The notes beneath the pieces are model-generated. The model worked only from the letters and a program-made list of their open reading frames with translations, was not told where the DNA came from and did not search any database. The position numbers and the translations under genes are program-made. A DNA stretch of 64,000 nt from a virus. Taxonomy: Duplodnaviria > Heunggongvirae > Uroviricota > Caudoviricetes. The stretch covers positions 1-64,000 of the IMG/VR virus record IMGVR_UViG_3300029935_000001. One strand, 5' to 3'. Of the stretch, positions 27,599 to 37,963 are shown in pieces (position 1 is the first letter of the stretch; the number at the start of each line of letters is the position of its first letter).

Positions 27599-28159
27599 AT
27601 GACAAACACATTTCTAATCGCTGACCCTCACTTCGGGCACTCCGGCGTATGCCGCTTTACTGACCATGCAGGTAATAAAATTCGCCCTTGGTCTTGCCCT
27701 GACGAAATGGACGAAGCGTTGGTATCCAATTGGAACAGCGTAGTTAAACCAGCCGATCGTGTGTATGTGCTCGGCGACGTAGTAATTAATCGTCGATGCT
27801 TGCCTACTATTGCACGGTGTAATGGTAGAAAAATTTTAGTCAAGGGCAACCACGACATTTTCAAAGCCCACGAGTATCTGCAGTATTTTGACGACATTCG
27901 CTCCAGTCATATTCTTAGTAATATGGTGTTATCTCACATCCCAATTCACGAAGATAGTCTGAGTAGGTGGCCAGTAAACATTCACGGCCACCTACACACC
28001 AATGTAGTAATGAAAAATGGCGCGCCTGATCCGCGATATTTTTGTGTTTCGGTTGAGCAGATCAACTTCACGCCGATTTCGTTGTCGGATCTATTAACGC
28101 AAGTGAAAGATCGACTTAGCATCAGCGACACAAGGAGTATGCCATGTGCTACACGTTAA
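27599..28159 (+). CDS. calcineurin-like metallophosphoesterase
   Basis: D.HFGH, LGD, GNHD, HGH.H. Confidence 0.9.
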   Translation: MTNTFLIADPHFGHSGVCRFTDHAGNKIRPWSCPDEMDEALVSNWNSVVKPADRVYVLGDVVINRRCLPTIARCNGRKILVKGNHDIFKAHEYLQYFDDIRSSHILSNMVLSHIPIHEDSLSRWPVNIHGHLHTNVVMKNGAPDPRYFCVSVEQINFTPISLSDLLTQVKDRLSISDTRSMPCATR

Positions 28160-28774
28160 AAGACCGCGATTTTTGGCTGTCTGAGTTAACCAAACTTGGG
28201 TTTGGGCACGTTTCAGTGGAAATAATGAACTCGTGGAACTCTCCAGCAGCAGCAGAGTGTTTTAGAGGATTGTTGCTCAACAAACGAGACGATCCTCGTC
28301 TCGGCTTTCCGCCCCTTGCTTATAAAGCAATTCTTAAGTTATACACCATTTACGCGTTTATGAACGAATCACTCGACGAATGGGCTGGTATGTTTTTCGT
28401 TGACTGATTTCTTGCATAATGCTACAATGCATTCAACGTCAAGTGAGGTGGTTGATATGCAAGAAAAGTCGTGTTTTGTCCAGTATGACGGTAAGTATCA
28501 CATTTTTTACAGCGAAAAGTTCATTCGTGTTGACTTGATGATCAACGACTGCGGAGTTCCAATGTGCATTCTCACCGGAGTTGGAAACTGGGAACTCAGC
28601 CACACCGGACCGGCAGCGCCTAACAAGTTTGACCAGCTGCTCACGCTCGGCCGACCGGTAACATTCAAAGACTTCACACAGCTCGGTTTCACCCAATATG
28701 GTTGAAAAAGGTTGACTCTGGCTACGTTGCTCTGTATAATAGCTACATAACGTAACGCAACGGAGCAACAAGCA

Positions 28775-29353
28775 ATGTCGGTTAAAACTGTCAAGACCGC
28801 AGAACTTTCGCCCAATGCTGCCGCTGTTCAAGAGTTGCGCAAGTGCCTTCAGATGATCGAAGCCGCAACTGGTGTTCGAATTGATGAACCGGCTATTGAG
28901 TGGTCGAACAAAATGACCCGCACTTGGGGCGTGGCTTCGACCAAAGCGTTTAACGGCAAGCGCATTTATCGGATCAAGCTTGCGAGCAAAATCTTCGTAC
29001 GTGACACCCGCACACTGCGTGATACTGTTGCACACGAAGTGGCACACATTGCTGATCATGTGCTTTACAACGGGTGGGGCCATAGTTCGAGCTGGCGTTA
29101 TGTGATGACCAAGATTTTAGGCCGTGATGCCAATCGCCTGGTCACTGACGAAGAAAAAGCCGATGTTGGCGTTGTTGTTCAAAAGCGCCTGATTACCAAG
29201 TACGAATATGCTTGCGGATGCTCTAAATACCTGGTTGTAGGAGCCCGCCATAAAAAAGCACAAGGTTTTGTTTCCGCTATTGGGCATTCGGGCTTGCGCT
29301 GCAAGAAGTGTAAACAGCGTGTCGAATTTACTGGTCTTACTAAGAAGGCATAA
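28775..29353 (+). CDS. SprT-like zinc metalloprotease
   Basis: HEVAH, GH...W, Y.C.C, C..C. Confidence 0.85.
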   Translation: MSVKTVKTAELSPNAAAVQELRKCLQMIEAATGVRIDEPAIEWSNKMTRTWGVASTKAFNGKRIYRIKLASKIFVRDTRTLRDTVAHEVAHIADHVLYNGWGHSSSWRYVMTKILGRDANRLVTDEEKADVGVVVQKRLITKYEYACGCSKYLVVGARHKKAQGFVSAIGHSGLRCKKCKQRVEFTGLTKKA

Positions 29354-29794
29354 CATGTTCAATATTAATATTTGCCGCGAAGCAAACTTCCGCGACGTAA
29401 AATTTCCGCTACAAGCTACACACAAAGTGGCCACCGAAAAGGAAGTCAAGCGGGTGCTCAAGCAAAATCAAGGCCAAGGCGCCTGGGCGTTTGTGTGGCA
29501 GAAGGACAGCAGCGTTCTACACGACATTGTTGATCTTGGGGAAAAGGCCCGAGCATGAAACTTCGTGTTATTATTACTTACGTAGCCTCAGGGCAACAGT
29601 ATCACTTCACCACCGAAGATCTTCCGATTGATGTTGACGGTAACTACGACGCCGAGTTCACTTTTGAGCAGGTGTGCGACGAGTTCCTGAAACCTAATAG
29701 TCGGATGTACATCTACACTGACCTAAGCCAAGTCCTTCCGATTGAGTTTGTTCGCAACCACTGCGTCTTGTCATACGAACTAACGAGGTAAGTC

Positions 29795-30832
29795 ATGGGC
29801 GGAAAAGCTCTTAAAAAAACGCCAACTCGGCGCTATGCTGCTGCCGAGTTTGAGCAAGTTGCTGAAGAAATCCTCACCAAGCTGACTACGTTTAACTTCG
29901 AGTCCTGGGTGGTGCCGTACTACTGCACAAAGGAAACGTTCGGCGACATCGATTTGGTGGTCTTCACTCAGCACCAGCGCGCTCGAGAGGTTATTGTTGA
30001 CCTGTTCAAGCCAAACGAAGTAGTCCATAACGGTAACATTATGTCGTTTGACTACAAAGAGCTCCAGGTTGACCTGATTTTTTTCAGTGATCGCCAGACT
30101 GCAGAGTTTGCTGTCAACTACTTTGCGTTCAACGACCTTGGCAACTTTGTCGGGCGCACCGCGCACAGACTTGGGTTCAAGTTCGGCCACGACGGATTGT
30201 GGTATTGTTTTCGAGACCCTGACTGCAAAAACTACATGTTCCGCGAGCTGCTGGTTACGCTCGATTTTGACCGAGCGCTCGAGTTTCTTGGTTTTGATCC
30301 TGCTCGATACTGGCAGGGGTTTGATACGCCCGAAGACATTTTTGAGTTCGCTACTCGAAGCGAGTATTTTGACCCTGCGCAGTTCAACTTGGTTAACCGA
30401 TCTTGCGAAGCTCGCAAGCGCGATCGCACTCGGGCGATGTACCAGCAGATTCTCGTTTTTTTGAACAAAAAATACTCGCTTACCGGCGACGAAAAAACAA
30501 CACCGGTAAATAGAGATGAGCATCTGCAAAGAGCTGCTGATCGTTTTCCTGGGTTTGCTCGCAGACTCGAGCAGGCGCGGAAAGACTTCACTGAGCTGAA
30601 AAAGTTCAAAGCCAACTTCAACGGCGATAACTACTCTACATGGTTTAATCTAACAGGCCGAGGTCTCGGCGAGCTCATGGCGCGCCACCGAGAGTATTTT
30701 GAACACCACTCGCTAAGAAAGTGGATTGGCACATTGTCACCGGCATCGTTTGAAGCTGTTGCTCGTACAATCGAAGAGACTTTACAACATGAGATTTCAC
30801 AAAACGCAACCCCCACGGATTCGGTACCGTAA
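29795..30832 (+). CDS. nucleotidyltransferase-fold protein
   Basis: FGDIDL, QVDL motifs. Confidence 0.7.
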   Translation: MGGKALKKTPTRRYAAAEFEQVAEEILTKLTTFNFESWVVPYYCTKETFGDIDLVVFTQHQRAREVIVDLFKPNEVVHNGNIMSFDYKELQVDLIFFSDRQTAEFAVNYFAFNDLGNFVGRTAHRLGFKFGHDGLWYCFRDPDCKNYMFRELLVTLDFDRALEFLGFDPARYWQGFDTPEDIFEFATRSEYFDPAQFNLVNRSCEARKRDRTRAMYQQILVFLNKKYSLTGDEKTTPVNRDEHLQRAADRFPGFARRLEQARKDFTELKKFKANFNGDNYSTWFNLTGRGLGELMARHREYFEHHSLRKWIGTLSPASFEAVARTIEETLQHEISQNATPTDSVP

Positions 30833-31040
30833 CCCATTTACCGACGATATTTACGTTAAGCACACTGAGCTTGAGCCTCGAACGATTGAGGGGGTAGAAT
30901 TTTTGCCTGTTATGCTCGAAGCCGGTCTTGGCACCGCAGCTGGACGCCTTGTTTGGATGAGAAAGGATCAACTCGAACTCGTCCGATAAGGTAAACATCC
31001 TGTTGCAAAACTGTTAACAAGAGTCTACAATAGACTCATA

Positions 31041-31082
31041 AGGTTTGATACCGCAAACCCTTACTCATATCATACAAACCTG
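31041..31082 (+). promoter_or_regulatory. scaffold copy 7 in the 5' UTR of the DUF2828-like gene, abutting the RBS
   Basis: TTGCAA-N17-TACAAT promoter, then AGGTTTG-ATACCGCAA ... CAAACCT-GGAG-N8-ATG. Confidence 0.75.
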
Positions 31083-31093
31083 GAGAACACAAA

Positions 31094-31612
31094 ATGAACA
31101 CTTTTGCACGAGCTGTAATCCGCGAAGCCGAAGATACTGAGAACGTTGGTTTTACTGCCAACGGCGCTGCAACCTTGTTGTCGTCTAAGGACGCGTTCAC
31201 CGACTTGTTCGCAGTGATCGGCTCTTCACGGCGCTCGCCTGAAAATGCCGTCGCGCAGTTCAAGACGTGCTACAAGATCGACCGCCGGCTCGCTCTGCGC
31301 ATCCTTCTATGGGCGCGTGATGCTCGAGGTGGTGCTGGTGAGCGCAATATCTTCCGCCAGTGCGTAGATACGCTGCCCGCCGAAGACAAGCTCACGCTGA
31401 TTAGCTCGGGTAAGATTGAAGAGCTCGGTCGCTGGGACGACTATATCAGGCTCATGATGGATAAGAACAGCCGTGTGGCTCGATCTGCGTCTACTCGTGT
31501 GCTCGAGACCATCAAGAGCGGGAACGCTGCTCAGGCGCTGCTTGATAGGCTTGACACAATGACAGACTCAGAAGCTGCTGCGGCGTTGGCGGACTTACAG
31601 CGGGCAAAATGA
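31094..31612 (+). CDS. DUF2828-like protein, N-terminal fragment
   Basis: T.NGA, DLF, ARD.RGGAGER..FR, GRWDD. Confidence 0.8.
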   Translation: MNTFARAVIREAEDTENVGFTANGAATLLSSKDAFTDLFAVIGSSRRSPENAVAQFKTCYKIDRRLALRILLWARDARGGAGERNIFRQCVDTLPAEDKLTLISSGKIEELGRWDDYIRLMMDKNSRVARSASTRVLETIKSGNAAQALLDRLDTMTDSEAAAALADLQRAK

Positions 31613-32340
31613 TTTTTTAGCATATTCGGTTTGTTTACCCCGGTTCGACCACAATGTGGGCATTTTAGTTCTTCTTTATTAGGCGAACCGGGTGTATGAT
31701 TTCCATTTGTTATTGCTAACAAAACCGAAGCTCGATTTTTAGCAGACCGAGCTTCTAAAATAAAAGGGTCGATGTTAGGGTTATATTTGCATTTCTCACC
31801 GTGAAACCGTTTATAGTTTCCAGGGTCAACTTGTTTGTCACAATGCGGGCACTTTATTTTAGAGGTTTGTTGTCGAGCTTGCGCAATGGATTTCCGGCGA
31901 AGATCTGAGCATGGACCGGACTTATATTTTAAGCCTTGGTTCCACGCAGGCTTTAATGAAGTGGCTAACGCTGCTGCTGCTCTACAACGTGCGTGCTGTT
32001 TTGACGTTAAATTTCGCTTACCTATAACGTCTACTGTCATTCTCGCAAAGGCATAAAGTAATCTATAGTTGTTAGGAATCACTTTAGTAAGAAGCCAGTG
32101 ACAAATATAATGCTCGCGGGCAGTTAGATATACAATATTTTGTTTATCAGAAATCCAAGTAGTGTCTTCGCACAAACATTTAGGCACGACGTGGTGGCCT
32201 TCGGTATAACCCAGCGCTGCCTTAGCTGTTTTCCGAGTTGACGCCCGGGCAGCCGCTCGCCGACATATTTGCTGATACCAACGAAAATATTTTGACTCAG
32301 TATCAGTTTTGCTGTATAATAATGCTATGTAATCGGTCAT
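31531..32340 (-). CDS. HNH homing endonuclease splitting the DUF2828-like gene
   Basis: EGHHVVPKC, LTAREHYICHWLL, AWNQG, CPHC repeats. Confidence 0.85.
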   Translation of the reverse strand: MTDYIALLYSKTDTESKYFRWYQQICRRAAARASTRKTAKAALGYTEGHHVVPKCLCEDTTWISDKQNIVYLTAREHYICHWLLTKVIPNNYRLLYAFARMTVDVIGKRNLTSKQHARCRAAAALATSLKPAWNQGLKYKSGPCSDLRRKSIAQARQQTSKIKCPHCDKQVDPGNYKRFHGEKCKYNPNIDPFILEARSAKNRASVLLAITNGNHTPGSPNKEELKCPHCGRTGVNKPNMLKNHFARCKSANAAAASESVIVSSLSSSA

Positions 32341-32378
32341 AAAACTATTTATGTGGATGCCACGGAAAGGACAATAAA

Positions 32379-33452
32379 ATGAACGTAAAAGCTCAACTAA
32401 AGAAAGAACTGCGCGACATTGTGATGCGCGCCCAAAGATGCGCAAAGTGGATGCCTCGTCAAGGCATTGAAGCTGCTCGTATTCGCTCGCTCTTTGGTAT
32501 GGCCCCGAAGCTGTATCGCAAGATGCTGGTCGAAGGCACTCGGGTTGTTGAGACCCAGATGTGCGCAAAGAACTGGGAAGGCATCACCTATGAGCACGTA
32601 CCGTCGGTGGCTATGGCGCGGTACTCGCGCGCGTTCGCCCGCAATTCGCAAGTGGCATTTCCTGCCTATAAGGCAGCCCTCGAGGCCGGCACTGTGCAGG
32701 CCAAGTCTGCTGCGCTGTTTCCGTACGATGTAGCTCGCACGCTCAAAGGCGGCGACACTACCATCGCCAACGAGCAGTGGAAGGCGCTGCCTAACTACAT
32801 CGACGGCCGTGCCAAGCTCTTCCCAATTATCGACGTGTCTGGGTCCATGTCCTGCCAAGTAAGTGGCTCGGTAACGGCAATGGACATTGCTATCACTCTC
32901 GGACTGTATATCGCTGAGCGCCAAAACAGTGCCCTCAAGGACCTGTTTATGACGTTCGACGACACGCCACGCATGATCTCAGTAGCTGGCTGCTCGTCCT
33001 TCCAGGACCGGTACCGCAAGATCAAAGACGCGCCATGGGGTGGGTCAACTAACTTACAAGCATCGTTTGACCTACTGCTCAAGACCGCAGTAGACAACCG
33101 AGCGGCTCCGGAGGACATGCCCGAATACCTGTTCATCGTGTCCGACATGGAGTTCAACGAAGCGTGCGGCAGTGGGTATTACAGAGCGCGCAAGAGCGAA
33201 ACCAACTATGCCGAGATTGAACGCAAGTATCGCGCCAGCGGGTATCAGCGCCCGAACGTTATCTTCTGGAACGTCAACGCCCGTAACGGTAATATTCAAG
33301 TCGAGGCTGACGAGAACGGCACTGCAATGATCTCGGGGTTCTCTCCAAGCATCCTGCGCCCTCTGCTCAACGCCGAATCGGTAACTCCGCGGCAGATCAT
33401 GGAGGCAGCAGTGATGGTGCCGCGCTACACCGTCGAAGGGCTTACTGCGTAA
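32379..33452 (+). CDS. DUF2828-like protein, C-terminal fragment with vWA domain
   Basis: AKWMPR, VPSVAM, DVSGSM MIDAS, WG.STN, SDMEF, FWN, SGFS. Confidence 0.85.
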   Translation: MNVKAQLKKELRDIVMRAQRCAKWMPRQGIEAARIRSLFGMAPKLYRKMLVEGTRVVETQMCAKNWEGITYEHVPSVAMARYSRAFARNSQVAFPAYKAALEAGTVQAKSAALFPYDVARTLKGGDTTIANEQWKALPNYIDGRAKLFPIIDVSGSMSCQVSGSVTAMDIAITLGLYIAERQNSALKDLFMTFDDTPRMISVAGCSSFQDRYRKIKDAPWGGSTNLQASFDLLLKTAVDNRAAPEDMPEYLFIVSDMEFNEACGSGYYRARKSETNYAEIERKYRASGYQRPNVIFWNVNARNGNIQVEADENGTAMISGFSPSILRPLLNAESVTPRQIMEAAVMVPRYTVEGLTA

Positions 33453-34508
33453 AGGAAAGGGGCTTCGGCCCCTTTTGCTATGTTGGGCATATTCCTATTT
33501 GAGATTCGACAACGTATCGGAGCATTACTGTTTTATATGGCTCAATTTGAACTTCACGTTAGGTTAGGCGTCGTAGGTGATCTGCGCTGGCGGATGCTTC
33601 AAGGCGGCGAGGTTTCAGTAAAGTGGCCAATGGGCGAGTGCGTGGTCTCCCCAGACCACCCACGGTGGGACTGGACAATAGGACCACCGCACTACATAGT
33701 CAACAGCGCAGACCCTAACGATCATTATAGGCCCTGGCTCGAGGCTAATGTAGGCAAGCAAGGGTGGGACTGGGAATGGAAGCTGGTCCCAGCGGAGCCG
33801 GGTTGCTACTCGCCAGGCGATCGAGTGCTCATTCGCGTGCGTAAAAGTAAAAGCCACACTCTGTCTGCAATGGCCTTGATGTGGGGCTAAATAATAGTTT
33901 ACAAGGATTATCTATGATCGAACTATTATTTGGGTTGCTATGCGGTCCTCTCGACCGCATCCGGGGGGATAGATTCCATTTACTAAACAGTCGTTTAGTT
34001 GATAAGCTAGCATACGGAGCAGCAATTGCTGCCGCGGCTGGATTATACAACCAGCCGCTAGCACTGTTGTTAGTTGCAATTGCTATGGCAATTGGTATGA
34101 GTCCTGGATGGGGCACGCCGTACGGTGCATTCCTTGACCAACGACCTATGGATCCGATCGACCAAGAATGGTGGCAAGTCGGAATCCTTAAACGCCATAC
34201 TCAACTGGCATTGCTTGCACGCGGTGTTATCTGGGGGCTGCCTATTGTACCTGTTGCACTATACTTAGGTCAGCTAACTTTGTTATTATTGATACCTATC
34301 ATCAGTGTATCGTTTATTGTTGCGTTGTATCTAACCCGGTTAATGCCCAAAGACCGAGACCTGTGGGCCGACTCCGAGACCTTCCGCGGGTTGTTAATCG
34401 GAGTTTCTACTGCAGTGATATTTAGCGCATAGTGTGCACAAATGCACAGCACAAGACGCTAACATAACGTATTATAATAATAGGTGTTAACTATACGAGG
34501 ATTGTGCT

Positions 34509-35816
34509 GTGTATCTTTCTACAAAATTTAAATTTTCGTTGTCCTTGCTTTTAGCGTTTGCCTGGGCAACATTTTCGTGGTATATTGCGCTTCCGTGGGT
34601 CGCGGGGTTGTCGACCGTTATACCTACGTGGACAGCCTGGATGATTATTTTTGGTATAGCTATCATCCCCGGGTTTATGAACGCGTTCTTAGTGTCGTCG
34701 TTGGCTTTTGATCGTCGACCAAAATTCCGGCCAGACTTGTCGAGGTACCCGCCGCTCACTATTCTGGTTGCTGCATACAACGAAGAAGCAGGGATTGCAT
34801 CAACTATTGAATCTATTGCTAAGCAAGAGTATCCCGGTAAGCTGAGTGTTATCGTTGTAAACGACGGGTCCACGGACTCAACGGCCGAGATTGTAAAATC
34901 GCTGCAGCCGCAACATAAGTGGCTCCGATTGCTAACAATGACCCAAAACGTAGGCAAAGCAAATGCTCTTACATATGCATTGCGATTTGTTAAAACCAGT
35001 ATCTTAGTAACCCTCGACGGCGATTCGTACTTATACCGAGACGCGCTAAAAAACATTGTTGGGCGTTACCTTAGTGATCCGGTTAATACTACTGCTGTTG
35101 CTGGGGCAGTCTTGGTTCGCAACAGTCGAAAAAACTTTGTAACTAAAATCCAAGAATGGGATTACTTCCACGGCATTGCTTCGATTAAACGTCTGCAATC
35201 ATTGTACCAAGGCACGTTGGTCGCTCAAGGCGCGTTTAGTTTATATAAAACCTCTTCAGTAAAGGCAGCAGGCGGCTGGCCGCATACGGTAGGCGAAGAC
35301 ATTGTGCTAACATGGGCGCTTCTTAAACAAGGCGACAGAGTAGGCTTTGCTGAAAACGCCATTACGTTTACCAACGCACCTGACAACTGGCCACAGTTTA
35401 TTCGCCAACGACAGCGTTGGAGTCGAGGACTCATTGAAGCATTTAAAGAACACGGTAGTTTGTTGTTTCGCAAGCGGATGACGACGTTGTTTATTTGGTG
35501 GAATTTAATGTTCCCGTACCTCGACTTTGTCTATACATTTGCATTTATTCCAGGAATTTTGTTAGCTCTATTCGGCGTTTTTTGGATTGCTGGTCCACTT
35601 ACGCTTATTGTCCTACCATTGGCAATGATAGTAAACTACATTATGTATCGAATCCAGAGCCGTATGTTTGCAGATCAAGGATTGCGAGTTCGTAAAAATA
35701 TCCTGGGATTTTTTGCTTACGCGCTGTGTTATAGCTTCATTCTTCAGCCAGCATCGGTATGGGGCTACGCTAAAGAAATCATCAACGGAACAAAGAAAAA
35801 TTGGGGAACCAAATGA
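34509..35816 (+). CDS. GT2 processive glycosyltransferase, PgaC/IcaA-like
   Basis: AYNEE, NDGSTD, GKA.AL, DGD, GED, QRQRW, TM helices. Confidence 0.88.
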   Translation: MYLSTKFKFSLSLLLAFAWATFSWYIALPWVAGLSTVIPTWTAWMIIFGIAIIPGFMNAFLVSSLAFDRRPKFRPDLSRYPPLTILVAAYNEEAGIASTIESIAKQEYPGKLSVIVVNDGSTDSTAEIVKSLQPQHKWLRLLTMTQNVGKANALTYALRFVKTSILVTLDGDSYLYRDALKNIVGRYLSDPVNTTAVAGAVLVRNSRKNFVTKIQEWDYFHGIASIKRLQSLYQGTLVAQGAFSLYKTSSVKAAGGWPHTVGEDIVLTWALLKQGDRVGFAENAITFTNAPDNWPQFIRQRQRWSRGLIEAFKEHGSLLFRKRMTTLFIWWNLMFPYLDFVYTFAFIPGILLALFGVFWIAGPLTLIVLPLAMIVNYIMYRIQSRMFADQGLRVRKNILGFFAYALCYSFILQPASVWGYAKEIINGTKKNWGTK

Positions 35817-36718
35817 AAAAGCTTTTTGGAGTATTGTTGTTTGCGCCTGCAGTTGCTTCGGCACAACAAATTTACAGCAGCTATTGGTACGGTGAAGACA
35901 CGGATCAAAACCGCGAGCATTCTGTTGCTGTAGAAGGTTGGCAAAACATCACAACGGCTTCATTTTTTGAAGCCAATGTTGGTGCGCGAGTAACTCAAAG
36001 CCGCGTGTCAAATCGGGGTCAAAGCCAAAACACCACAGATGCAAGAGTTCTAGGCCATGTTATTCTCGATAACATGTGGAACTTAAACTACAGCATTGGT
36101 GTGTTTAACGGAGCAAAAACCGAAATGGTTGGCTCGGTCGAAGGATCGCTTCGAACTGAAAAGACGCTTTTTGCACTAGGGGTTGACCGCAGTGGTATTT
36201 CGTCGATTACAGGCGAGCAAAATGGGGTGCGAGTAGGCGCTCATACATATCGAACTCGATATTATACGTCAGCTGAATATTTTGGTACACGCTGGGGCGC
36301 GTCTGGCGTAGGCTACGTTGAGAATTTCTCAGACGCAAATACCCGGCGCGGTATTGACAGCCGAGTGTATTACACGGTGCTGCCTGCTGCAGGCGCTAGC
36401 GTTTATGTCAAAACGCGACACTGGCGCAATTCAAAACCGTACACAGGTAACTATTATTCGCCCGATCAACTTGATCGATACTTGGCGGGGGTTCAAGTAA
36501 AATATTCGGTGTCTGATAACGTCGTGCTAAGTGGTTACGCAGACGCTGGTGTTCAACACGTCGACAGTAAAACTTCACGTGTCCGCAATTGGAAAGTGCA
36601 AATTGATCGCACACATAGCAATGCGGTAGCATACGGAGCCGCAGTAGGAGTAGACTCGTCTGCGAATCATTCGTATCGGTATAAGTACGCTACGGCTTTT
36701 GTAAATTATCGATTTTGA
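35813..36718 (+). CDS. outer-membrane beta-barrel protein
   Basis: Signal peptide, alternating strands, C-terminal Y.F. Confidence 0.7.
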   Translation: MKKLFGVLLFAPAVASAQQIYSSYWYGEDTDQNREHSVAVEGWQNITTASFFEANVGARVTQSRVSNRGQSQNTTDARVLGHVILDNMWNLNYSIGVFNGAKTEMVGSVEGSLRTEKTLFALGVDRSGISSITGEQNGVRVGAHTYRTRYYTSAEYFGTRWGASGVGYVENFSDANTRRGIDSRVYYTVLPAAGASVYVKTRHWRNSKPYTGNYYSPDQLDRYLAGVQVKYSVSDNVVLSGYADAGVQHVDSKTSRVRNWKVQIDRTHSNAVAYGAAVGVDSSANHSYRYKYATAFVNYRF

Positions 36719-36781
36719 TAAACTTGCGGTTGACCGCCGCATAATATAATTGTAACATTTAACTTTTAACAAGGACTATAT

Positions 36782-37231
36782 ATGAAAAAAATTCTACTTG
36801 CTTCTGCACTTGCTTTTACTGCGTCGACTGCGTTTGCTTGGGAAATTGGCATTACTGGTAACCGCGACTATGCCGGTGACAACCGTAACGGCGCTGGTGT
36901 CGTAGTTGCTAACCAATACGGCAACCTCGGTGTTGCTGCTGCGTTTGATCGGACCTCAGTTGGCGACAACGATCAGAACCGTTACAGCGTGACTGGCAGC
37001 TACGACGTACCGGTCTATCAAAACATCACCGTAGGCCCTCGCGTTGGCGTAGCCTACCTCGACAACCAATCCGGTCGTGACGGCTATGCCCTTGTCGCTG
37101 GTGTTGGCGCTCGTGTGCCAGTGACTGATACTGTGGCTATCACCGTAGACTACACTCGCCAGCGCGGCGAAGAGTCAGTCAAAGGCTTCGACGGCAACCG
37201 CTACACTGTTGGCGTGCGCTACGGCTTCTAA
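36782..37231 (+). CDS. small OmpA/OmpX-type beta-barrel
   Basis: Signal peptide, ends VGVRYGF. Confidence 0.75.
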   Translation: MKKILLASALAFTASTAFAWEIGITGNRDYAGDNRNGAGVVVANQYGNLGVAAAFDRTSVGDNDQNRYSVTGSYDVPVYQNITVGPRVGVAYLDNQSGRDGYALVAGVGARVPVTDTVAITVDYTRQRGEESVKGFDGNRYTVGVRYGF

Positions 37232-37268
37232 CTTACCAAAAACAAGGCCGCAAGGCCTTGTTTCATTT

Positions 37269-37541
37269 ATGACAGTCGAAAAGAAACTCCTTACCTTATT
37301 CATCGAAGAAGCGGCAGAATGCACGCAAGAGATCTGCAAGATGCTTCATCACGGGATCAACAATGTAAACCCGGTGACTGGTGTAGCTAATCTCGAGAAG
37401 CTACACACCGAAGTTGGCGACTTGCTGGCCATCATCGAAATGGCGCAAGACCGCGGACTGCTTGACCCATTCAAACTCCAACAGGCGATTCTCGACAAGC
37501 GCGAACGGCTCAAGCATTGGCACCCTGATCTTTTTGGTTGA
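37269..37541 (+). CDS. MazG-like pyrophosphatase
   Basis: EEAAE ... EVGD. Confidence 0.75.
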   Translation: MTVEKKLLTLFIEEAAECTQEICKMLHHGINNVNPVTGVANLEKLHTEVGDLLAIIEMAQDRGLLDPFKLQQAILDKRERLKHWHPDLFG

Positions 37542-37963
37542 CATCCTACTGCTGCTCCAGTATAATAGCTACATACTGAAACGCTGGAGCAGCGACTATG
37601 ATCCGGAAGTTTGTGCAGGCTTACAAATATCTCCAAAAATACAATCATAGCCGCCGCGTTAGCCCAGGCCAACTGATCACTTACGTCTTGGGGCTGTAAC
37701 ATGTATCTCTACACACCGAAGAAAGGCTTTGTGCAGACTGTAACCCCGCCGCGAGTGGGTTACAGTCCCAGTCACTACGCTACGGTTTGCGCATTTGTCA
37801 ATAAGTATTTCTCAAGGCTGAGCCAAGCAGAAAAGGCCGGGCTTGTATGGGTGGTCCAGCGCGATTACCCCACAGTCAAATATTACAGCCCGTTTCCGTG
37901 CCGCACTGTTCCTGTACGCGGCCATCAGTTCCCGGCTATCTTGTTCGACGAGACCGTAGTCAA

